DNA of 64,000 bases, taken from NCBI RefSeq assembly GCF_001194135.2, contig NC_068985.1:436626-500625 (forward strand), given 5' to 3'. A program made the translations under genes and the position numbers. Positions 13,961 through 25,000 of the stretch are shown here, one piece after another. The notes below the pieces were generated by a model. It searched no databases and was not told the origin of the DNA. It saw only the letters and a list, made by a program, of their open reading frames with translations. Within the stretch, counting starts at the first letter, position 1. Every line of letters starts with the position of its first letter. This DNA is from Octopus bimaculoides (lineage: Eukaryota).

Positions 13961-14631
13961 CAAATTGCAAATAGCAAAACAACAAAAGCCAAAAGTATGA
14001 ACACATGGAATGTATTGGCTTCACGCAGAGCATAAGATGGAAAAAAAGGAGGATATATAATGTGTTGAGCATGGCTCTCCATCAGAAAGAGGAGAGAGGA
14101 AAGGTCCGAAGGTAAAGAAAGGTCCAAGGAAAGCATGTGTGTGATTATATGGCTGAAGTGACAGGAAGTGGAGAGATATATAGAAAGTGGTTTTTAAGAC
14201 AGGAGAGTGCAAAAATGGCCCACGTATGTGTGTGTGTAAACATATATCAGATGAACAGTTTTCTGTTTCCATCTACCATATCTGCTCAGAAGATTTTAGT
14301 CAGCCAAGTGTTATAGAAGAACACAGTTGCCAAAGGTATCTTGCAAACATACACCTGCCTCACATACATAGATGCACACCTACATATATATGTATGTGTG
14401 TCTGTGTGTAGTTGAAATTTACAGAAAAACAAAAGATGAAGACAGGTGTATGAACAACAAGCAGGTATATTAGTTTGATGCTCAGGAAAGTGAAAAAGTC
14501 TTTTACATTTTGGGCCTATGCTCTTCAACAGAAAGGAATAAGAGAAAATAAACAGAGAGAGAATAAAAAAACTTGTGGAGTTAGTGGTCAAGCATGGCAA
14601 CTGTGTGTATGTATGATATATACACACATGG

Positions 14632-14664
<33 letters not shown>

Positions 14665-14665
<1 letters not shown>

Positions 14666-15003
14666 GCATCGCCTTTCTGGCACTTGTGCCGGTGGCACGT
14701 GAAAAAACATTCAAGCGAGGTAGTTGTCAGTGCTGCTGGACTGGCTCCCATGCAGGTAGCAAGTAAAAATCACCATTTTGAGCCTGGCCGTTGCCAGGAC
14801 CCGCCTGACTGGCCCTCATGCCGGTGGTATGTAAAAGCACCCACTACACTCTCAGAGTGGTTGGCGTTAGGAAGAGTATCCAGCTGTAGAAACTCTGCCA
14901 GATCAGATTGGAGCCTGGTGCAGCCATCTGGTTCACTAGTCCTCAATCAAATCGTCCAACCCATGCCAGCAGGGAAAGCGGACGTTAAAGGACGATGATG
15001 ATA
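14665..15003 (+). mobile_element. RTE 3' UTR / tail repeat
   Basis: AAAAGCACCCACTACACTCTC...GCGGACGTTAAAGGACGATGATGAT matches 32680-32850. Confidence 0.8.
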
Positions 15004-15039
15004 TGTGTGTGTGTGAGGTGGTGAGCTGGCACATAATAA

Positions 15040-15225
15040 TAATAACATCGAAAAATACGTTAGGAATGAGAACCCAGGTTTGAAATTTCCCCAAGACACC
15101 TGATGAAGGCTGGAGGGGATATTAACCGAAATGTTGTGTTAAAACAATAAACCAGATGAGGACAAATATCTGTCAAATATAAATAATGTACATAATTGCG
15201 CATCTCTTAAATATAGAACTGAAAT
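15040..15225 (+). mobile_element. 5'-truncated copy of the hammerhead-bearing SINE
   Basis: (AAT)n ACATCGAAAAATACGTTAGGAATGAGAACCCAGG...AAATATCTGTCAAATATAAATAATGTA aligns by eye with 62950-63107. Confidence 0.7.
15096..15139 (+). ncRNA. Degenerate second copy of the SINE-borne hammerhead
   Basis: ACAC-CTGATGA-AGGCTGGAGGGGATATTAACC-GAAA-TGTT-GTGT. Core and stem I are retained, stem II is partly disrupted. Confidence 0.5.
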
Positions 15226-16060
15226 ATATATATAACCATCATCATCATCCTCATTATCATCATTTAACATCTGTTTTCCATACTTGTTTTGTTTTGTTTA
15301 CTCTCGTTCCTAATGGTCCCCAAGAAAACTTTTTTGAGGGCACAACCAATTGGGAAGTGCTCAGTCTTATCGTTAAAGATGTAAAACTGAATATTACCAA
15401 TTGGTCAATAACTCATGAAGATTTACAGACCTTCTGTTTGCTTCCTGTTCGTTTTTATATTCCGTATACGTTATGTCATTTGTTTATTTACCATACGTTT
15501 TTTCATATATATATATATATAAATGTATGTATGTATATATCAGAGGCAAAGGGTCTATGTATGCAACACATGCGGTGCATGCCTTACTATTTTCCCATGA
15601 TAAATCATTTTTGTGTAATCATATAATTAATTATTGATGATCTTCATTAGATTTATTGTAATCATATTTACTTTTATTTCGCATTCCTTCATTTCTTAGC
15701 ATAAAATGGTCAACAGAAAGAAAAGGAAAGAGAAGCAAATTCTTCACTGCTTGCTTTCAGTTATAGTAAGGGCAGTGATGTTATTTTCTTTGTATTCTAT
15801 TATTTTTGAGAAGGGAGCGTTAAAAAGAGGAAGTTGGTGTGTGCATGCATGTGTGTGTGCGTGTGTGTGTGTGATTAAAAAGTTAAGTTCTCATCCATTC
15901 GTTCATGCCAATGCTTAAAAATTTAATATTAAATATCTTAAGTTATTTACTAAAGGTTACATTAAAAAGTAAACTAGCACCTAAATTATTTGTTAGCATA
16001 AAACTTCAATTTATTTAAAAAAAGATTATAACCCATAGAATTTCTCATGCTTTCACTCAC

Positions 16061-16114
16061 CCCCAAGATGGCAAAAGGGTCAATTAGTTCAGTTTTCTCT
16101 CTATTTTCCCCAAC
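16061..16114 (-). CDS. Candidate internal coding exon (VGENREKTELIDPFAILG), gene unidentified
   Basis: Acceptor ttctttccatctgtttcaag, donor GGG|GTGAGT, 54 nt, only phase 0 is open. Confidence 0.45.
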
Positions 16115-16349
16115 CTTGAAACAGATGGAAAGAATATTATCATTCTTGGAAAAGAGAAACCAAAGCTTAAGTTGAAAATCAAAACCGAAGTGGGCAGCAA
16201 GGAATGTCATCGTTATTTTGATTGAAAGTATTATGAATAGTCTGAGTGAATAACAAGATGACCAATTCTGAACAAATTTTTCTGTTTCCCACGTCTATTA
16301 GTTTGTCAGTATAAGAACACATTTTCTCAGCTTTGAAGTGATATTGAAA

Positions 16350-16560
16350 ACAAATATCACTTTCAAGTGATATTCAAAACGAAACCATTTAATTCTATAA
16401 TTGTTACAAATGAAGGTGTAATTAAGTCAATGATCGGAAAAAGAAAACAGCATTTTTTGCTGTTGTGTTTGGTGAGACTACAAACCTTTGAATGAAATCT
16501 TAACTGTCGTCACATGTCTTGCAATTTGTTGATGAGAAGGAAAGGCTTCAAGACAGATTA
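16350..16560 (+). pseudogene. hAT transposase remnant (ZMYM1-like family)
   Basis: SSDIQNETI and KKTAFFAVVFGETTNL*MKS*LSSHVLQFVDEK resemble the hAT motifs S.DIQNELI and FSILADETTD.S.KEQLS.VLRFVD. Confidence 0.6.
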
Positions 16561-16995
16561 AGATAATCAGTCGATGTCAGTAAAGAGAGAAGAGCTGCAC
16601 CATTGACAGAAGTTGTACATTGTTAGACACATTCACTTAATTTGATAATCTCTCAATTAGCTTCAAGAGTTTGTGAACGTCGAATTTTCTTTCAAACTTT
16701 AAAAAGAATTTCGACTTTTTTCTCAAAGTTGATGGCTTGAATAGGGCCTACTGGATGAAATCACTAGAAGGTGATTTCCAAAGTTTTATGTACACTTCTC
16801 ATGTCTTACTAACCACTTCAAAAGGGTGCACTGTAGTGGGGAAATTATTTTCATTTTCAGACTCCCCATATCTCAAAGCATATAAAATACTACAATTTTT
16901 ATGGAAAACGGGGGACAGCAGAATATGCAGATATCACCCCCACGAATCTCAGTGGGGTGGACTGCATGCCCTAGTTTCCTAGTCATCCTTCACCA

Positions 16996-17041
<46 letters not shown>

Positions 17042-19048
17042 CATACACGACAGGCTTCTTTCAGTTTCTGTCTACCGAATCCACTCACAAGGTTCAGAGT
17101 TTCACATGACTATTTATGTGATAATAGAGATAAGTAAAGAGATTCTTATAAATTTTCAGTATACATAAACATTAATGGAAACCACTTCAATGAATAGGCT
17201 GACTGGGCAACTACTTTTTAAATAAGGGTAGAAGTGGGAGGCAAGTGGGAATTGGCCATAACGGAAGAAATATATATAAACAATAGTTGAATCAGAAAAC
17301 TTTAAGTCAAAGATATGCACTAGAAATGAGTGAAAAAATAAACAGAATTAGGTAGACGATGTCAAAAGAAAAAGAAAGAAAGGAAGAAATCGCAAGTGAT
17401 TTAAATTGAAAATAACAGAAGTAAATCTAAAATGAAAGATTAAAAATTATAGTTGGAATTAGAAATGATGCAAGCAGTGAGTAGCCAACTTATGTAGGAC
17501 ATTCTTGCTTTTGGTCAAACTGAGATTACAACTTTTAATGCAAAAATTGTATCTAGCAACAACTGCACAGTTGTAGCTAAAACTGCATTAAACTGACATA
17601 TACTAACAATTAAAGCATAGACATTAGTTTAGGTAAAAATTCTGCCATCATTGCATTTATAAAAAGGATCTGGAAATGGATCCGTATCTAAATATTAGTG
17701 AAGTCAGGATTTTATAATTATTGTTTTGTAGCAGTCTTTATTTGCTATAACTATTTTTTAATATGGCAGATTATTGTAACAATAATATACAATCATTAAT
17801 ATACAATCATAAATATACAATCATTAATAGATGTTGGGAAATAGAATGATTGCTGAGTATATATTTGTATGAGTAATGTGCTTTGTTAACTACATCAGTA
17901 TGTAGCATTATGATAATTATATCAATAGAATCTATGTTGCATTCAATTTGTTGTTAGCTGATCTGTATTACTTTCAGATTTTTGCACTTTTTTAATTCCT
18001 TTTGTCATGCTAGTCTGAATTTTGAAGCTACTAATATTTTATAAATTGCTAGTTGATTTCTCATTTATTACACCATCGTTAAGTCCTGTGTAGAAACATC
18101 TACATTAACCATGAGCAGAATAGTATCTACTTTGGAAAAGTTGCAAAGTAGAGTAATATGCTATGAGGAGCAACACACAATTATAAATGTTGTAGGATCT
18201 AAACCCTTGATTTTGGGGGCCAACAATCAAAAACATAAACGCTTTAGCTATCTCATGATTTGAAACAATTAAAATATTTTCAACTTTACATTTTTTTTGA
18301 CCAGATCCACAGAGAATATTTAACGTTGTTTTGATTACTTCAAACCAGTTTTCTGGAATTGAAAATATCTAGGGAAAACATGTTAAGTCGGAAGTCAAAA
18401 ATATATTTTTTTTGTAATATTAGAGGCCTAATGCTCTAATACCTTCCATTTGGCTGGAAGCATGCAGTAGTAATACTGTTCTCTTACATAAGAATACACA
18501 GATTTCATAACAGACAGAGGATTTGTTTTGAAAGAAGGGATTTTCTATAACAAATGTGAAAAAAAGATTATCAGCCACTGAACAATCTTGCAGCAAGCAC
18601 AAACAGCTGAAAGCTATGAGTATGCAAGAACTATTCACAGAGCAAAGAAAAAGAATATGGAAAATAGTTAATCTAAACTTTGGGAAAACAAAATTCAAAT
18701 TAAATAAATGACAATAGAAAAAAATAATCTCAACTAAAAGAAAATATATAAGAAAAAGAATAAAAGTTAAAATTTTAATTGAATTTAAAAAATAAAATGA
18801 TGGGAAAAAAAGTCTGCTTAAAAAAAAAAGAAAAGCAGCGTATAGAAGCCAGGATTTTCCAAGAATTTGTAACCATGAAATCTGATTGCTTGACACTTCT
18901 ATTTCAGTGAGAACTTTGCAGAGGGACATGTATTGCTCGGGGGAAATTTTCTAGTGTTATATCCATCATTCGGATTGCGGCCACCTTTTATCTAATGAAT
19001 GCAAATACATTTTTTGAGGAGTGGGGCTATTTCATTTTTTATTTATTA

Positions 19049-19093
<45 letters not shown>

Positions 19094-20088
19094 TACACAT
19101 AAGGCAGAAGTGCAAGTGTTCAAGCGAGTCAGGTTTCTAACTGCTCTTCACCTCTTCTTCTGTGGTGGCTAAAGATGATTTTTAATTGACTTCTATTGGT
19201 ATACAAGGACAGCTGCAATCGTTTCTCTATGCAGTGGTTTGATATTATATGGCTACATGCGGCTGTCAATTCTGTCTATAAACTTAAATTGGCCTCTGTC
19301 ACTATTTGAAGTGCCATCTGCCTTATTCCTAAGAGAAATAGATGATGTGCTGAAATGGTATTTAATGGATAGCCAAGCTATGCTGAACCTAAGACAATAT
19401 TAGCAACAACAACAGCAATCTCTTAGTTGGACATAAATTTGAAAATTGAAACAGACTTGTGAGTTCAGTTCACTGAGCAATTTATGTGACACCGTCAGTA
19501 GGATACATACAACAACAGCAACAACAGCAGCACCAATGATAAAACGTATGAAAAATTCTTTTTCTTTTAATCATAATGATTTGTTTTAGTAATAGTATTT
19601 TGACTGAAAATAGAACCATTAACATTTTCATAATTATACTACCGACAGGACATAATACTTAATTGACTTCATCAAAGACAACCACTGGTACATATTTCAT
19701 AGCTCCCCAAAGGAAGACAATATAAATTGATTCCTATAGGGATTAAACTAAAAATATATGCAAACTGTTCCCTATCACCTCAATTTGGTTCTTCTGAAAT
19801 TTAAAAAATAAAAGGAAAAATAACTGGAGTCTATAATGGAATATCTCTCAAGATGAATAATCTTCCTAAAGAAAAGTGGTAATCAGATTAGTGTCAACAC
19901 TGAAGATAATATCATTGTCCATTTTGGGGACCTTTTAACAAATCTTCCTCGATATTGTGAGAAAATAATAAAATGTCCACAATTTAGATGGTTCATATCT
20001 CATGCATATGGCAAACCCTACTTTTTTCTGTCAAGGGCTCATATTCTCCAATATTAGACTATTTACCTTAATCAATGCATGATGATTG

Positions 20089-20131
<43 letters not shown>

Positions 20132-20770
20132 ATACACACACGTGTGCACATGCGTATGCACACACACACACATTTATATATATACTATATAAATGTGAGT
20201 GCATGTGGTTATCGATGTGTAATTAGCCCATAAAGGTTTGGAAACAGAGCATCCTCGAGAAATGGGAATTTGATTTTTGAAACCTGCATCCCATAGGAAA
20301 GGTCGTCTGTAAACAAAAACAAAAAACAACATAATCTCCTCCAAGAAATAACTCAACATTTTGATTGACAACTCTGCCTTTCTCTATCAATCACCAACAA
20401 TTCATCTCTCTCTATTATTTACTGTACTCTTTGAAACTCATTCTCTTTGAAACTCATACTCTTTGTATATGTAAGAACTCTCATGCCTTGCTTTCATTTT
20501 CTTTAAAACCTGTTCTAATGTTTACATTCATTATATGACAGCTGTTACACACAAATCCTGTTTTCTGATTGGATAAAAATGATTAAATTTTAAACCTCTG
20601 TAACATTTTTCTGAAATTTTTCTTGAATAAATGAATCTCAAACTCAGATTCAGCATGCAAAAGTACATTAATATACCAAACTTGAAAATTTTTACTTAAT
20701 TTTAATATTTCAAAATCTGTGACAGTGACAAATTAGATTTTCCATCTCAACCATTTTTTCTTAGTAAACT

Positions 20771-21255
20771 TTCTCACTCTCTATGAAAGTATATCATTCA
20801 TGCTGAGTGTGCATGTGTATGCATGTGTGTAAGGAATTTCATTAGGGTGACAGAATGGTTTTAAAAAAAAGTATGTAAAAGATAATTCATTTCCTTAGTG
20901 TACTTTTCTGTGAGTAAATATGTTTCACACACACACACACACACACTCTCATACTTGTTTGATGTGGGATGGGGTTAAAGATTTAAATAATATTTTTTGT
21001 TGTTATTGTTTTCACTCTCAATAAAAGTATATCACTCCTGCTGAGTGTGTGTGTGTGTTTGTCTGTGTGTGTGTTTATACATGTGATTTAAAAAAGGTAA
21101 AAATAATTTATTTTAGTAACATACTTTTCTGTTAGTAAATAAGTTTTTTTGTCTATACACACACACACACACACACACACGTGCATAGGTACGTGGACTT
21201 GCTTGATGTGGGATAGGATTAAAGATTTAAATATCAAATTTTTTGCTGTTGCTGC
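20771..21255. repeat. Degenerate tandem duplication, unit about 240 bp
   Basis: CACTCTC.AT.AAAGTATATCA.TC.TGCTGAGTGTG ... (CA)n ... CTTG.TTGATGTGGGAT.GG.TTAAAGATTTAAAT occurs twice, head to tail. Confidence 0.75.
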
Positions 21256-22032
21256 TTAAATCCCGGTACTTAACCACTGCATTACCATTCTATAAAATGT
21301 TTTTATGGGAAGAAAAATATTTAAAAATATCAATATATTTTAGAGTGACAAAGAAACGAGGAAAGTACCAGGTGGTTGTGGGATGTGCTAGAAACAGCAC
21401 TAAATGATTATGATGATATATATATATATCATCATCATCATTATTTAGCATCTTTCCTCCATGCTGGCATGAGCTGGATGGTTTAACAGATGCTGGCAAG
21501 TCACGAGACTGTGCCAAGTTCTACTGTCTACTTTAGCATGGTTTCTAAGCCTGGATGCTCTTCCTAAACCCAACCACTTTACAAAGTGTATTGGCTGCTT
21601 TTTACATGAGATCAGTACCAATAAAGTGACTCAGTATCTCACAAGTTAAGATCTGCCCATCGAGGAGAGAGTAATATTGAGGTAGATGGCTTTGTGCCAG
21701 GTGATGAGATGCTGGACATGAACAGAGGCACAGAAATAGGTATTTTGTAGTAGAAGAGATTCATGGCTGTCTTAGTTGGTGAGAGAGGAGTGAGAAAGTG
21801 TATAGAGAGAGGGATAGAGTAGAGTGAGAGAGCAGATGTGTTTACATATATATATATATCATCATCAGCATCATTTAAACATCTGCCTTCCATGATAACA
21901 TGGGTATATAATCATGGCAAAGAATATTGAAATTTTTGCAAGAACATAAATTTGGAAAGAGAGAAAATTTTAAAGTGGAAAACGGAAAGTAAAATTGTGA
22001 TCATGGAAACTGAAGCAGTTAACCAAGAAATA

Positions 22033-23368
22033 TCAAGTCATTAAGAGCGAAATGTCCGATTTTCTTTTGCACCAAGTTTGACAGTTGTTAACTCTAACGT
22101 TTAATCCTGACAATTCTTTGTTTTACAACATTGAAGAGTTACATCATAGCTTTTCGAAATGCAATTCATAGTGTCTGATTATATTGTGAGTTTCCTTTTG
22201 TAAATCAATTTTTGTGAACCCATGGATAGATAAAAAATTCCTGTTGTTTATGAATATGAGTTCTGTCATGGAACCAATGCATCCCAGACAGCTTGAAACA
22301 TCAATGAGGTGTTTGGTGAAGATGTGGTGAATGAGCACACTGTATGTCGATGGTTTGAGAAGCTCCGGTCTAGTGACTTTACTCTTGAAAATCAGCCCTG
22401 TGGTAGACTTGAGACCAAGGTTGATAATGATGAGCTGGAAACTGTAGGGGAAGCAGATACATCTCAAACTATGCATCAGTTAACAGCAAGGTTTGATGTN
22501 NNNNNNNNNNNNNNNNNNNNNNNNNNNNNNNNNNNNNNNNNNNNNNNNNNNNNNNNNNNNNNNNNNNNNNNNNNNNNNNNNNNNNNNNNNNNNNNNNNNN
22601 NNNNNNNNNNNNNNNNNNNNNNNNNNNNNNNNNNNNNNNNNNNNNNNNNNNNNNNNNNNNNNNNNNNNNNNNNNNNATCAAATGACACGTCATCTTGAAA
22701 CTTGTTCTTTGCTGTCACAGCATAAAAGCAAACCCTGTTTTAGCATTGTATTGTCATGTGTGATGAAAAATGGAATTTTTTCAAGAATAGCAAGCATTCT
22801 GCATGGTGGTTGTGAAGAGATGAAGTGCCAAAACACAATCCAAAAAAGAGTACTTACCAAAAATAGCTAATGGTGTCTGGTGGTCCAGTGCTGGTGTCAT
22901 CCACCAGAGCATTATGAGACCTGGTAAGTCAATTACAGTGGATTTGTACATCAACCAATTGGATGAAATGATGAGTGAGCTTGCAATTAAACAACTGAGA
23001 TTGGTGAATAGTGACAGGCCAATTCTCTTGCAAGACAATGCTTGACCACATATTGCACAAAGAACACTACTAAAGTTACAGGAACTGAACTTGGAAGTGC
23101 TCTGTCATCCACCATATTCACCAGATCTTGCACCAACTGACTCTCACATTTTCCAGGTTTTAGACAACTTATTGCAAGGAAAAAACTTCAAATCTGAAGA
23201 ACATGCAAAAACTGCCTCTTGTGATTTCATCACCTCTTGCTCTCCAGAATTCTTCACTACTGGCATTAATAAGCTACCGATAAAATGGCAAAATTGTGTT
23301 GATAATTTAGGTGCATACTTTGATTACCTTTCAGTTCAAAATTGGACATTTCATTCTTAATGACCTGA
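22033..23368 (+). mobile_element. Full-length inactive mariner (DD34D) transposon
   Basis: 31-bp TIRs at 22033-22063 and 23338-23368 (27/31 identical), TA TSD at 22031-32 and 23369-70. Contains an N-gap at 22500-22676. Confidence 0.95.
22222..23325 (+). pseudogene. Mariner transposase pseudogene
   Basis: HTH region VFGEDVVNEHTVCRWFEKLRSSDF, catalytic motifs CDEKW, LLQDNA*PH and HPPYSPDLAPTD. Multiple stops and frameshifts. Confidence 0.92.
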
Positions 23369-24299
23369 TAAACAAATTAAGATCTGGAGAGAATATAACT
23401 TCTTTTGAGTAAAGTCATGCATAGAAATGACTCAGAATAAAATAGTAAAAGAAAATACTCATAAGAATATTTTTATATTGTTATCATGTAAATTTAAGTT
23501 ACACAACTTCAGTGAAATATATACACTTAGTAAGAATATCATAACAATGATAATTTCTAAAGCATGAAGAACGAAAGCAAAATCGGCCTTTCATTGAGTT
23601 GGACACAGAGAGTACACTGAAGAAGATTATGTAACTTTGAAATTTATAAATATTATTCTAAATAAAAGTTTGACTCAGTTCCACATGATTTAAATTTTTG
23701 TGGGCATGTAGGAGACATCAATCTCATCAGATGCCAGGAGTTGAGTGAGAGTTTTGAGAGAAACTCAAGATGACTTCTAGGTGTTAGGTCTGTGTTGGTC
23801 AGCCTGGGTCATGTAGTATAAATGCTATGGATGCAACACCACCAGTTCTGTTGTTTTATTTTTTTCAGGCCTACATGTTTGGACAGCATTTGGCAGTGTG
23901 CTGGCACTAATTTGCTGGTAGATTGTGGTAAAGTGCATTTGGCAACATCAATTTCTTTCTATACACATAATGTGTGATATGTTGGTGTGAGGTGTCAGAT
24001 GTCATTCAATGGAGTATAAACACATTAGGAGGTGCAGTCTTTTTATAGGAGTCACCAAATTTGATAATATAGAGTGACAAATGATTAGTAAGAGTAGGCT
24101 GTAATCTATATGAGTATCAAATATTAAAGACTGATCTTGTAAGACAACTAGGCCTAGGGTAGCATATCCAGATTGCTAGCTGTTAATGCTTTGAAGTTCT
24201 TTCACAGGCATACCTCTGGTGGCAACAATAAGACAGTTCATTCTTCCTGTTAATAGATATTACAGGTTGGTGGAGTATATAGAGACTGATTTGGAAATT

Positions 24300-25000
24300 G
24301 CAAGTATGTGGAAGTATAAGGCCCTGTCAGTGTAACTCCATTTGACATTGGAAAATTATTTCAATAAACAGAGTCTCCAGATGAAGCGAAAAAGGGAAGT
24401 GAAGTTTTCCCCAACCCTGCATCTGAAGAAGTACACAAGTTGGTTATACACTACCTTAAAATTGTTGGTTTTCATGCTGGTGTAGTGTCTTATGATACCA
24501 TCTCATTGTGTGAGGGTGGTTTTAAGACTTCAGCCATTGAGAAGCAGGATCTTCACAATGGGCAGATGGTAAGTTTTTGGAAGTTACAGACTGAAGTGTG
24601 GGTTGTAGACTGTAGGTGTGTGTTTGTAACTGTTGTAGCATGTCTTGTTTGAATCTATGTTGTTGAAGCAAGAGTAACTGACCTTGACACTATGGGGATT
24701 GAAGAATTATAAAACCTACAATTTCTAGAAAAAAGTTTTTCAATTTGCATCATGAAATTCCATGCTATGTTAGTGGAAACTTCTATGCTGAATGGAGGAT
24801 TGAACCTGATTATTTTGCTCTTCCTAACTTCCTTCAGGTCTAAGTGTGTGACATGAGGCATCTTCCATATATACTAACTTACAATGTATACTAATTCAGG
24901 TTGAAGAAACTCTATGTCACAGCCTGATGCTTCGGGGGAACCAGCACATTACCAACATGCTGTCCAAAAGTGTCTGCCTAAAAATAAAGAGTAACTAGTG
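24300..25000 (-). mobile_element. Penelope-like element remnant (RT to GIY-YIG linker)
   Basis: RKSKIIRFNPPFSIEVSTNIAWNFMMQIEKLF resembles the recalled PLE motif RNIIWFNPPFSKNVKTNIG..FL.LIDKHF. Heavily degenerate. Confidence 0.7.

Noticed and set aside
23612-23655. CTGAAGA...GAAA hammerhead-like core near the Penelope remnant
   Set aside because: Only a 3-bp stem II, with no stem I partner and no NUH/stem III geometry.
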